Under the pieces are notes generated by a model. That model saw only the letters and a list, made by a program, of their open reading frames with translations. It made no database searches and was not told the origin of the DNA. Shown here piece after piece: positions 38,701 to 46,990 of a stretch of 64,000 nt of DNA. This DNA is from an uncultured bacterium (GTDB taxonomy: Bacteria; Krumholzibacteriota; Krumholzibacteriia; LZORAL124-64-63). The first letter of the stretch is position 1; each line of letters begins with the position of its first letter. The DNA lies in the NCBI GenBank assembly GCA_963727525.1, contig CAVSGO010000007.1, forward strand, positions 96,001 through 160,000, in the 5' to 3' direction. Made by a program: the position numbers and the translations under genes.

Positions 38701-38958
38701 GTCCTTGACCCGCCGGGCCATCTCGCCGTACAACGGTGCGACCCGCGTGACGTCGAAGCGCGCCGCCAGCGCGTCGAGTGCCGGTATTCCGAGCGCGGGG
38801 CCACCGTCGCTCTTGCCGAGATGCACCGCGACGCCCGGTGCGAGGGTGATGACCACGCGATCGGGCACCTGGCCCACGACGCCGGGATTCTCGAACGCCT
38901 GGGCACCAGCGGCGAGCAGAACCAGGATCAACGCGGGGGGCAGGATCGTCTTCATCAT
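35797..38958 (-). CDS. S8 subtilase with a parallel beta-helix domain and a C-terminal FlgD-Ig/CTD-like domain
   Basis: Catalytic triad AITDSG / GHGTNCAG / GTSFSSP, oxyanion AAGN, GGG(I/L)..N beta-helix repeats, YPNPFNP. Start MMKTILPP. Confidence 0.94.
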   Translation of the reverse strand: MMKTILPPALILVLLAAGAQAFENPGVVGQVPDRVVITLAPGVAVHLGKSDGGPALGIPALDALAARFDVTRVAPLYGEMARRVKDDALRDELGRVYTVDFPAAKGLQTVLAAYAGAVEVAKAQAVDICKQCDAFLPNDLTDQQYFLRNVTLGGKDIRAVGGWAESLGDSSVIVAITDSGMDWQHPDLGGPHPDHVNGSVWTNWDEYYGTPGVDDDSNGKVDDIRGWDFVDVPGQGWPDEDDATPDNDPMDYEGHGTNCAGCVAPITDNGIGVAATAPGVKVMAIRVGWLPDGETQGVVRMDFAAQGMVYAVTNGAKIVNCSWGSSSFLSSAVATVLAQGGLICTAAGNANDNVASYLGSYPDARVLAVAATDGSDIRASFSSYGTWVELAAPGVAIYTTAYNHTNGTHFYTSTQGTSFSSPITAGAAALVWSAHPQYSASQISSTLRNSADSIDALNPGFEGQLGSGRVNLLRALGDHVQEVPGEFLLLRDAVNEAAVGDTIKVLASHPLSATTLLGKSLKIFGGYAAGYTSRDPLGTPTVITGNLANPALQFTGSITNACEVDGFRIQGGGGRLFSNIPYSGRYGGGIMLNQTSPTLRNLMLTGNSVGGSGELGLGGGIALYNSTAVLENIAVTANTGIYGAGVFVYLGSPTFTSVTIADNAVITDNGTYPARGGGLHAVDTSIVLTDCTVSGHLGTEQGGGIYAGGFGASTSLTMSGGAVVGNSARASGGGIAQVGGDLSLTDVTLADNIRLATSTFMAGGGLYASGATVAATGLTVTGNEANIGGGVHVTASPDCVLTNSVVAGNTAQFWGGAAIIENCPDATVANLTLTANNGGGGGGGLYASGSTLSASNTISAFNTGGAAYGNGFHVVGGTATFACDDAFGNDNAAYGGVTDPTGSDGNIAANPLFCDAGADDYTIADNSPCAPDHSGGCGLIGALDVNCSGGVGVQDDLPGVPVAFRVDPAYPNPFNPQTTIRFALSAAAPTTVVVYDIAGRRVKTLVDAELPAAEHTVRWAGDDGQGRAVAAGVYFYRVRSGVHDEVHRMALVK

Positions 38959-39114
38959 GGCGTGTGTCCTCTCACGGCAAGGGACGATGGCGCGGATGGG
39001 CGGCGCGATCGCCGCCCGGCGCGGGCGCGTGGGCGTCGCGCCGCCTACGATAGAAGAATATGGCGGTGCGATCAATTCCCGACCTCGGCGGCGTCGCCAG
39101 GGAGAGTGCAGGGC

Positions 39115-40308
39115 ATGAGCGCGAGGGATGCGACGAGACGACGCGTGCTCTTCCTCGAGTCTTACGACGGAGGCTCGCACCAGGCGTTTCGCGAGGGGCT
39201 GATGGCTCATTCGCGCCATGCCATCGATGCGCTCACGCTCCCGCCGCGCTTCTGGAAGTGGCGCATGCGGGCGGCGGCCCTGCACTTCGCCGACCGCCTT
39301 CGCGGTGGCGACGTGCCCGCATACGACGTGATCGTGGCCACGAGCCTGCTCAACGTGGCTGATCTGCGCGGACTGCTGCCGGCGCCCCTCGATCGTGCGC
39401 CCGTGCTGCTCTACATGCACGAAAATCAGCTCACCTACCCGCTCTCGCCGCAGGAGGAGTTCGATTTTCACTTCGGGTTCACGAATATCCTCAGCGCGCT
39501 GGCGGCCGACGCCCTGGTCTTCAACTCCGCGTTCCATCGCGAGGCTTTCCTCGACGCGCTGCCCACCTATCTCGCGCGCATGCCCGACGCCGTGCCGACC
39601 CACGTGCGGCCGAGGCTGGAGGCGCGCTGCCGGGTGCTGCCGGTGGGGATCGATCGAGTCCCCCTGCCGCAAGGCGCCTTCGCCCAGTATCGCGGCGGCC
39701 CGTGCGACCCGGCTGCCGGCGCCCCGTGGCCGCGCGACGGCCGCCGGCCGCTCATCCTCTGGAACCATCGCTGGGAGTTCGACAAGGAACCCGGACTGCT
39801 CGCGCGGGCCCTGCGGCGGCTCCTGGCTGACGGACTGGACTTTGGTGTGGCCCTGCTCGGCGAACCCCGGCAGAACGACAACCTGGCACGCGCCGTCGCC
39901 GGACAGCTCGGCGAGCGCTGTCTGCACTGCGGCTGGGTGGCCGATCGGGCCGCCTACGATGCCTGGCTCGGGCGCGCGGACATCGTCGTGAGCTGCGCAC
40001 AGCAGGAGTACTTCGGCATCGCCGTGGCCGAGGCGGTGCACGCCGGAGCCTATCCCGTCTTGCCACGGCGCCAGGTCTACCCGTCGTTATATGGGCGTCG
40101 TTGCGGGGGTCGGCACCTCTACGACGACGAGGATGGCTTCGTGGCCCTGCTCGCCGACCTGGTGCGCGGGCGCTGCGGCCACGTGTGCTCCCTGCAGCAA
40201 GACGCCGACGCCTGGTGCTGGAGCCGGCTCGTTCGCCACTACGACGTGGCTCTGGACGCGGCCGCCGCGGGGCGGACCGGGGGCGGTATGACCGAGGAGA
40301 CGACATGA
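39115..40308 (+). CDS. GT-B glycosyltransferase, DUF3524/GTDC1 (QTMAN-like) family
   Basis: ESYDGGSH, TLPPRFWKWRMR, YMHENQLTYP, FNSAFH, WNHRWEFDK, QEYFGIAVAEA. Confidence 0.9.
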   Translation: MSARDATRRRVLFLESYDGGSHQAFREGLMAHSRHAIDALTLPPRFWKWRMRAAALHFADRLRGGDVPAYDVIVATSLLNVADLRGLLPAPLDRAPVLLYMHENQLTYPLSPQEEFDFHFGFTNILSALAADALVFNSAFHREAFLDALPTYLARMPDAVPTHVRPRLEARCRVLPVGIDRVPLPQGAFAQYRGGPCDPAAGAPWPRDGRRPLILWNHRWEFDKEPGLLARALRRLLADGLDFGVALLGEPRQNDNLARAVAGQLGERCLHCGWVADRAAYDAWLGRADIVVSCAQQEYFGIAVAEAVHAGAYPVLPRRQVYPSLYGRRCGGRHLYDDEDGFVALLADLVRGRCGHVCSLQQDADAWCWSRLVRHYDVALDAAAAGRTGGGMTEETT

Positions 40309-41120
40309 GCGACTATCGCGCCTTCCTGGTGGACATCGAAGGCGTGCTCGTGCGCGACAAGCGCTACCAGCCCATCCCGGGCGCGATCGCCTGGCTCAAT
40401 GGTCTCACCGCGCGCGGGATCGGATTCCGCCTCGTCAGCAACAACACCACGCACCGTCCCACCGAGCTGATCGAGGCGCTCCGCCAGCTCGGGTTCGAGG
40501 TGGCCGAGAGCCATCTCGTGGGAGCACTCGGCGCCGGCGTCGACTGGTTGCGTTCCCACGACCGCAACCGTCTGTTCTGGCTCGGCGCCGGGCGGCTGAA
40601 CGAGTACTGGCAGGAACTGGGCTTCTCGCTCGTGTCCTACGGTCAGTGCGACGCCGTCGTGCTCGGTCTGAACCAGGACGTGAGCGTCGCCGACCTCGAC
40701 CGCGCTCTCGGCCATCTCCAGGCGGGGGCCGATCTGGTGTGCCTGCACCGCAACCAGTTCTACCTGGATGACCGGGGCGAGCGACGCCTCGGCCCGGGTG
40801 CCTGGGCGGCCGCCCTGGAGGGAGCCGTGACGACTGGCCGCGTGGTCACGACCGGCAAGCCGGAGCCCACGCTGTACCACGCGGCGCTGGAAAGTCTTGG
40901 CGTGGCTCCCGAGGAGGCGCTATTTATCAGCGACGATCCGGTGGCCGACCTGGTCACCGCCCGGCGGCTGGGCCTGGCGACGGCTTTCGTCCTCAGCGGC
41001 AAGCACGCCGACGCGAGCATCCTGGACCGGCTGGATCCGGCCGATCGTCCCACCATCGTCTGCGCGCGCGCGGAAGACCTCGGAGCGAGGAGTTCGGGTG
41101 AAGGCCAACGAACAGACTGA
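40305..41120 (+). CDS. HAD-IIA family hydrolase (NagD-like phosphatase)
   Basis: DIEGVL, SNNT, GKP, ISDDPVADL, VLSGK. ATGA overlap with the glycosyltransferase. Confidence 0.88.
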   Translation: MSDYRAFLVDIEGVLVRDKRYQPIPGAIAWLNGLTARGIGFRLVSNNTTHRPTELIEALRQLGFEVAESHLVGALGAGVDWLRSHDRNRLFWLGAGRLNEYWQELGFSLVSYGQCDAVVLGLNQDVSVADLDRALGHLQAGADLVCLHRNQFYLDDRGERRLGPGAWAAALEGAVTTGRVVTTGKPEPTLYHAALESLGVAPEEALFISDDPVADLVTARRLGLATAFVLSGKHADASILDRLDPADRPTIVCARAEDLGARSSGEGQRTD

Positions 41121-41970
41121 GGCCACGGGCAATCCCGGTCAGCGCGCACGCCTGAGCGCGCTCGCCCTGGCGGCGTGGGATCTGAACCGTCGCCAGGACG
41201 ACTCGGCGCGCGGGCGCCTCATCGCGTTGCGGACGCGGGCGCGACTGATCCAGGTGGCCGAAAGCGAGCGCAGCGTGCCGCCGGAACAGCGCTCGTTTCT
41301 CAAGATCGCCAGCGACGGTCAGGATGGTTGCCTCCTGTTGCACGGCATCACCGGCGGTCCGGCCGACATGTTGCCGCTTGGTAACCTGTTGCACGACGGG
41401 GGCTTCACCGTTTATGCCCCGATGCTCACCGGCCATGGTAGCGGTTCGCTCAGCCGCACGGAGGCGCGCTGGCGCGCGAACCTGCTGACGGCGCGGCAGT
41501 CCCACCAGATGCTACGCGCGAGTTGTCGGCGGGTCCACGTGGTGGGCACCAGCTTCGGGGCGGCGCTCGCCCTGCACATGGCCACTCGCGAACGTGTCGC
41601 CAGTCTCGCCCTGCTGGCGCCCGCCCTGATGCCGCGCGCATCCTTCGGCGTGCGATTGCTGCTCGCCCTCAATCTGCACCGACTGCCCATGATCGGCAGG
41701 CGGGTCCACTTCACGAACGACGCCCTGGAAGGCATGCGCTGGGCCCGCGAGGCCGCGCACCAGGTCACCTCGCCCATCTTCGCCGCCCAGGCGGAAGACG
41801 ACCAGGTTCTGTCGCCGACCTCGGTGCGCCTGCTGCAGAAGCGCGTGCGCCACAAGGCCTCCCGTTTCCGGGTGTTTCCCGAAGGGGGCCACGACGTCAT
41901 GAGCACTCACGGCGAAGCAGGTCTCTACCAGGAAATCCTCGAGTTCTTCCGCGAGCACCGTACCGACTGA
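41098..41970 (+). CDS. Alpha/beta hydrolase (carboxylesterase / monoacylglycerol-lipase-like)
   Basis: LLHGITG, GHG, nucleophile GTSFG, EDDQVL, GGHDV. Confidence 0.88.
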   Translation: MKANEQTEATGNPGQRARLSALALAAWDLNRRQDDSARGRLIALRTRARLIQVAESERSVPPEQRSFLKIASDGQDGCLLLHGITGGPADMLPLGNLLHDGGFTVYAPMLTGHGSGSLSRTEARWRANLLTARQSHQMLRASCRRVHVVGTSFGAALALHMATRERVASLALLAPALMPRASFGVRLLLALNLHRLPMIGRRVHFTNDALEGMRWAREAAHQVTSPIFAAQAEDDQVLSPTSVRLLQKRVRHKASRFRVFPEGGHDVMSTHGEAGLYQEILEFFREHRTD

Positions 41971-41980
41971 GAATTCCCGC

Positions 41981-42007
41981 TACGGTCCCGCCTCCCGCTG
42001 CCGATAT
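41981..42007 (+). promoter_or_regulatory. Possible sigma-28-type promoter
   Basis: TACG-N15-GCCGATAT. The -10 is strong and the -35 is weak. Confidence 0.45.
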
Positions 42008-42080
42008 GACCTCGGGACTTCGCCGCGTCCGGCGGCGATGGCCAGAGTGCCTACCGGACCTCGAGACGGGAGAGATCGGG

Positions 42081-44177
42081 ATGACTGAGCGGGACGACCT
42101 GGACCTCGAGCCTGAGCTCGACGACGCCTGGGACGACGATCTGGAAGACGATTTCCCGGCAGACAAGCGAGCGGACAAGTCCGAGCCGGCGGCGAGCGCG
42201 CCGGTGGAGCCGCCGACGAAGCCACGCCGACGCGCATCGCGACATGCGGGTGGCGGTCTTGGAGGATTGGCCGCAACGCTCGTCGTGCTGGGCGCCCTGC
42301 CGCTGGCCGCGGGGCTCTACTTCGCCTTGCAGGGATCGTACACGACGCTGCTGGACTTCGAGGGACTGACGAATCCGGCCAACTGGTCCGATCTGGCGGC
42401 GCATCCCGCCACCGCCTTCTGGCTCGGCGCCGCGGCGACGATGTTGCTCGCGATCCTGGCCGGCGTGGCGGTGGGCGTGCGCGCGCGCCGGGCGGCGAGG
42501 GCCGCGCGCGAGACGAGGGACGTGCTGCGCATCGTGGGTGCCCTCGATCTCGAGGACGCGAAGAGCTGGCAGGATCCGTGCCTTCAGGCTCATCCCGACC
42601 TGGCCGCGTTCAGCGAGAAAACGATGGGCGCCTTTCGACTGCAACAGGCCAAGCTGAGCCGCTACATCGGGCTCGAGGGCGAACTGCACCGGCTGGGCCG
42701 CGCGCTCTCGCAGGCGTCGAAGGCCGATCTCGAGGGCGAGTGGGACAGCCCCACTGTCGGCACGGTGGCCGACGAGGCGCTGCGTCTGCTCGTCGAAAGC
42801 GTACGGCTGCGTGACGAACTGGCGGCGAAGGAACGCGTCAGCGCCGACCAGGGACCGGAACTCGTCGAGGGCCTGCACGAGGCGCGGAGCTGGAACAGCG
42901 CAACGCTCGACCAGGTGAATCTGCAGGGCGCCACGCTCGAGCGCCTGGCCAAGAAGCTCGCAAAGGTGGCCGAGACCGACGCCAGAGCTACCGACGAGGT
43001 GCGCCACGCGTCGCGCCTGCGCCAGGTCCTCGCGGCGATCGGCCAGGAGCTGTCCGAAGTGCCGGCCCGCAGCGCCCGCGGCGCGCAGGCCGCATCGCCG
43101 GATCGCCTGACTCGCCTCGTCGACCGGGCGAGCAAGCTGGCATTCCAGATCGCCATGGAGGTCGCCCGTCTGGGGTCCAAGGGCGAGCGCCTGCTACCCA
43201 TGACGCAGGATCTCGAGGAACTGACGACGGAGTTGCGTGGCCTCGCCGGCGATGCGGGACTCGACAACGATGCGCCCGATCCCGCGGTGCGCGCCGTCGA
43301 GAACATCCGGGGACGCCTGGCCGAGGTTCCGCCGGAGGCGGCCACGCCCGCCGCGAGCGATGGTTCGCCAGCCCTGGCGGAGCTGGCTCCGTCAGCCCGC
43401 AGTGCGGCCGAGGCGCTCATGCAGGTGTCCCGCGGCTTCAACACGCAGACGGCGCGCCTCGAGGCCCTGGTCGATCTCGCGAGCAAGCTCACCGGGATCG
43501 ATGCCCCTGCCCCGACCACCGCGAATCCGAAGGGCGAGCCCGGCAACGGTCTGCTCGTCGATTGCTTCGATCCGTTCCGGGCGAAGTCGCAAAGCGAGCC
43601 CGGCGCCGTCGTCGCCGATCCGTTCGCGAGCGCGAATTCGATCTTCTCGCCGGAAGCTCCGAGCGGCGACTTCAGCCAGTCCACGATCCCGGACTTGGAC
43701 GAGAGCCCCTTCGCAGGCCCGCCTGTGGACCTGCCGTTCGTCGAGACCGAGATTCCTGCAACGCCAGTGGCGCCGACCCCGCCGGTATCCGCACCGGATC
43801 TGCTGCCCGCGCTCGACCTCACGTCGGTGCCGGAGCCGCCGTCCGTACTGGAACCGGCTCCCGATCCGACGGACGTGCTGGACCTCACGCCCGGATTGAA
43901 CCCTATACCCACGCCGAAACCGGTCAGCGACGAGCCGCCGCGGGTCCCCAGCGAGCTGATCGGATTCACCAGCGGTGCGAGCTACGATGAGATGGCGATC
44001 CCCACCGCTGCGCCGCCACCGCCGCGCGAGCCAGTGCCCGTGATGGATGTCCCGCCGGCCGACCACGTGTACGACCTCGCCGAGTTCGACGCCGTGGCCC
44101 TGGCTGCGCCCGAGGAGACGACCGAGGCCGAGCGGGTCTACGATCTCAGCGAGTTCGAGGCTGTACGGGTGCCGTGA
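42081..44177 (+). CDS. Two-TM coiled-coil protein with a degenerate MCP signalling motif and a Pro/acidic tail
   Basis: Acidic N-terminus, two TM helices, LVDRASKLAFQIAMEVARLGSKGERLLPMTQDLEEL resembling the MCP hairpin tip, and a repeated C-terminal VYDLxEFxAV. Confidence 0.8.
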   Translation: MTERDDLDLEPELDDAWDDDLEDDFPADKRADKSEPAASAPVEPPTKPRRRASRHAGGGLGGLAATLVVLGALPLAAGLYFALQGSYTTLLDFEGLTNPANWSDLAAHPATAFWLGAAATMLLAILAGVAVGVRARRAARAARETRDVLRIVGALDLEDAKSWQDPCLQAHPDLAAFSEKTMGAFRLQQAKLSRYIGLEGELHRLGRALSQASKADLEGEWDSPTVGTVADEALRLLVESVRLRDELAAKERVSADQGPELVEGLHEARSWNSATLDQVNLQGATLERLAKKLAKVAETDARATDEVRHASRLRQVLAAIGQELSEVPARSARGAQAASPDRLTRLVDRASKLAFQIAMEVARLGSKGERLLPMTQDLEELTTELRGLAGDAGLDNDAPDPAVRAVENIRGRLAEVPPEAATPAASDGSPALAELAPSARSAAEALMQVSRGFNTQTARLEALVDLASKLTGIDAPAPTTANPKGEPGNGLLVDCFDPFRAKSQSEPGAVVADPFASANSIFSPEAPSGDFSQSTIPDLDESPFAGPPVDLPFVETEIPATPVAPTPPVSAPDLLPALDLTSVPEPPSVLEPAPDPTDVLDLTPGLNPIPTPKPVSDEPPRVPSELIGFTSGASYDEMAIPTAAPPPPREPVPVMDVPPADHVYDLAEFDAVALAAPEETTEAERVYDLSEFEAVRVP

Positions 44178-44481
44178 CAGGCGGGCCTGCTTGGACGACG
44201 ACGGTACAGGTGATGGCGGTGCTGCGAAGGCGGTGCCGCCATCGTCGTGTCGAGGAGGCTCGCGGCGCCTTGCGGTTTGCAATCACCGGTGCGCACACGC
44301 GGTATCCTGCACCGCCGCAAAATGGCCCGTCGTATCTCGCTGTCCCGGAACCTCCATGGAAATGCCCAGTTGGGCGCTCGTTCACGAGTTTCGCGGCGGG
44401 GCATGGGAGTTGCAACTGCGCGGGGTATTCGCAGTTGTGGCACCGCGCTGCCTGGCACCTGAGGGAGAGGAGACCACTCCC

Positions 44482-44700
44482 ATGTTCGAGTCCAAGGACC
44501 AGACCACCATCATCATTGGTGGTGACGAGTCCAATCACCAGGTCATGACCTCCGTCGAAGCGGCGGAGTACCTGAAGATGCATGTCAAGACCGTCTGCCG
44601 GCTGGCGAAGGAAGGGAAGATCCCTGCCAAGAAGGTCGGCAGCGAATGGCGTTTCCTACGTTCGGTTCTCGACGCCTGGTTGACCCAGACCGTCAGTTGA
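44482..44700 (+). CDS. Small excisionase-family (HTH_17) DNA-binding protein
   Basis: VMTSVEAAEYLKMHVKTVCRLAKEGKIPAKKVGSEWRF. RBS GAGGAG. Confidence 0.9.
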   Translation: MFESKDQTTIIIGGDESNHQVMTSVEAAEYLKMHVKTVCRLAKEGKIPAKKVGSEWRFLRSVLDAWLTQTVS

Positions 44701-44754
44701 TGCCCAGCGGCGGTCCGGGTCGGTCCCGGACCGCCTGCCGGAAGGACGAAGTCC

Positions 44755-46854
44755 GTGCCCACCATCTTCGAGTCTCTGAAGCTCACCGATACCGGGTGCT
44801 TCGGTCTGCGCATCGCCGGCAGCGTCGGCCGCCACGATCGGGAGCGGCTGGAACTTCTCGGCGAGAAGTGTCTCGCGCGCGGTCGTCACCGGCTCGTGCT
44901 CGATTTCTCGGACCTCGATGCGCTGGGGGGCAGTGCGGCGGGGACGCTGGCCAAGCTTCAGCGGCGATTCATGGAGGCGGGCGGCAAGATCGTCTTCGTG
45001 GGCGCCAGCGCGGGGGCGCGCCGGTTCCTCAGCGCCAAGTTCGAGGACCTGCCGCTGGATTGCTACGACTCGCTGGATGAGGCCATGCAGCATCTTAGCG
45101 ACCCGGGGGCCGGGCCGATGTCCTCGTCATCCCCCGAGATGTCGGCCGCCCCGGTGTCGCCTGGTCGCGAAACGGGCGCGCGCGCTCGTGGTCGCGGCGA
45201 AGGCTCCGGGGACGGCACCCTGGACAACCTGCTCGAGGAATTCGACTCGGAGGCCGCCGGTTCCCCGGAGGAGACCCGGCGCACGGCCGACCTCGTGACG
45301 GCGGCCTATCTGCCGCTCGACGACGCGGTGGCGGCTCTGGCCTCGCTGGACAATCCCGCCGCGTTCGGCGAAGCGCTCACCAATCTCTTGCTCAGTCACG
45401 ATCTCGCGTCGCAGTCGCTCTACCTCAGCCTGCACGGAGAACACTTCGTCGCCGTCGACGGCAGTTGCAAGCTGCCCGTCGGGGGCGCCGTCGCGGCAGC
45501 GCTCATGTACGCCCAGCGACCGCTCACGCTCCTCGACATCGAGGAGAATGCGCTGTGGGACGAGGAAACTGAGCTCATCGACGAGCTGCAACCGGATCTG
45601 CTGCTCCCCATCAAGTGGAAGGGTACGTTGCACGGGCTCGCGTTGCTGAAACACATGGGCGAGGATCGCGACTATGCGCTGGCCGAGGTCTTCGCGCTCG
45701 AGATCCTGCTGCGGCTCCTGGCCGTGGGACGCGGCGATACCGCGGCGGCGCGTCCCGCGCCGTCGCCGAGGGCCTACGAGGACGAGACCCGCGTCGACGA
45801 GCCGGATCCGCTCCAGCAGCTCCGCTTCGGCCTGGCGCGCGATCTCGCCGATGCGCAGGACGAGCCGCACTTCTGGCAGATCTTCCACGGACGGCTGCAC
45901 GAGGTGGCCGAGATCCATAGCCTGGTCTGCCTGGATCTCGAACAGACGAAGTCCGAACCGTTCCTCGCGGGGGCGGCCCGAGCTGGGATGGCCGGGATCG
46001 ACCTGCAGAGCGAGCGCGTCCTCGCCTTCTTCCGGACGCTGGAACGTCCGGTTGAGATTCCCAACATGCCGCATTCCTTCGCCACCGTGCGCGATGGCCT
46101 GGCAGAGCTGGAGTTGCAGTGGGTGATGGGCATGAATGTCGATCGGCGCTGCCTCGGCGCGGTCATGGTGGGACTGACGTGGCGCAATCCCGTGATCGAT
46201 CCCCTCGAGCAGCTTCACGGCGTCATGGACGTTGCCACGGAGGCCCTCGTGCGACTGCGGGACGCGCAGCTGCGGGCCAACCTGAATCTCGGTCTGGTCG
46301 AGCTACTCGTCGGCCGGGGCGAGGCACTCTCCGTCGGCGACGGCCATCTCACCGAGATCGTCGCCGCAAATATCCGCACCCTGGCCCGTGAGATGGGACT
46401 ACCGCCGGACCAGGAGCGCGACCTCGTGCTCGGGGCGTTGCTGCGCAACATCGGGCAGTCGGAGGCCCCGGTCGTGGACGATCGCGAGGCGGAAACTCTC
46501 GAGGGAGATGCCTGGGAGGCGTATCGCCATCATCCCGAGGCGGGGGCCAACATCCTGCAGTCGCTACGGGCGCCGGCCACGATCCGCGACGCGGTGCTGC
46601 ATCATCACGAACGGTACGACGGCCGCGGCTTCCCTCATGGGCTGAAGGGGCGAGACATCCCCCTGGCGGCCCGCATGGTGGCGGTGGTGCAGGCTTACGC
46701 CATGCGCTACTCAGGCAGCGCGGCGCGCGAGCAAGCCCTGATGGCCCTGTCGCACGAGGCCGGCAAGGCCCTGGATCCGGATCTCGTCGATCTCTTCGCC
46801 CGGGCGGTGCACCGCGATCCGTCAGTGCGGGAGCCCGAACCGGCCATGGCCTGA
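44755..46854 (+). CDS. STAS + GAF-like + degenerate HD-GYP domain protein
   Basis: N-terminal LVLDFSDLDALGGS (STAS). C-terminal LLRNIG..HPEAG..HHHERYDGRGFPHGLKGRDIPLAARMVAV..LDPDLV. Confidence 0.88.
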   Translation: MPTIFESLKLTDTGCFGLRIAGSVGRHDRERLELLGEKCLARGRHRLVLDFSDLDALGGSAAGTLAKLQRRFMEAGGKIVFVGASAGARRFLSAKFEDLPLDCYDSLDEAMQHLSDPGAGPMSSSSPEMSAAPVSPGRETGARARGRGEGSGDGTLDNLLEEFDSEAAGSPEETRRTADLVTAAYLPLDDAVAALASLDNPAAFGEALTNLLLSHDLASQSLYLSLHGEHFVAVDGSCKLPVGGAVAAALMYAQRPLTLLDIEENALWDEETELIDELQPDLLLPIKWKGTLHGLALLKHMGEDRDYALAEVFALEILLRLLAVGRGDTAAARPAPSPRAYEDETRVDEPDPLQQLRFGLARDLADAQDEPHFWQIFHGRLHEVAEIHSLVCLDLEQTKSEPFLAGAARAGMAGIDLQSERVLAFFRTLERPVEIPNMPHSFATVRDGLAELELQWVMGMNVDRRCLGAVMVGLTWRNPVIDPLEQLHGVMDVATEALVRLRDAQLRANLNLGLVELLVGRGEALSVGDGHLTEIVAANIRTLAREMGLPPDQERDLVLGALLRNIGQSEAPVVDDREAETLEGDAWEAYRHHPEAGANILQSLRAPATIRDAVLHHHERYDGRGFPHGLKGRDIPLAARMVAVVQAYAMRYSGSAAREQALMALSHEAGKALDPDLVDLFARAVHRDPSVREPEPAMA

Positions 46855-46990
46855 CGGCGGTGTCCGGTGTCCGCGCAGCGTTCGCTCCGGGTCCACGTTC
46901 CTAAGCGTCCTGCTCCATTGCACTTCAGTGGTTGCCAGCGGCTCACCGTGTCGTTGTGGCGTATGGCGAACGCCCGGCGAGACACCCGTC
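46853..46990. ncRNA. Candidate rod-shaped structured RNA (6S RNA-like), strand uncertain
   Basis: Nested pairings ggtgtc/gacacc, gcgttcgc/gcgaacgc, cacg/cgtg, tgagc/gctta around an internal bubble, in a non-coding gap between convergent genes. Confidence 0.4.

Noticed and set aside
37654-40041. Apparent long overlap between the S8 ORF (to 40041) and the glycosyltransferase ORF (from 37654)
   Set aside because: An artefact of taking the first start codon in GC-rich DNA. Real starts at 38958 and 39115 leave a normal divergent gap.
44482-44700. Excisionase-like gene as evidence of a prophage or ICE
   Set aside because: No integrase, att duplication or phage genes nearby. HTH_17 proteins are often plain regulators.
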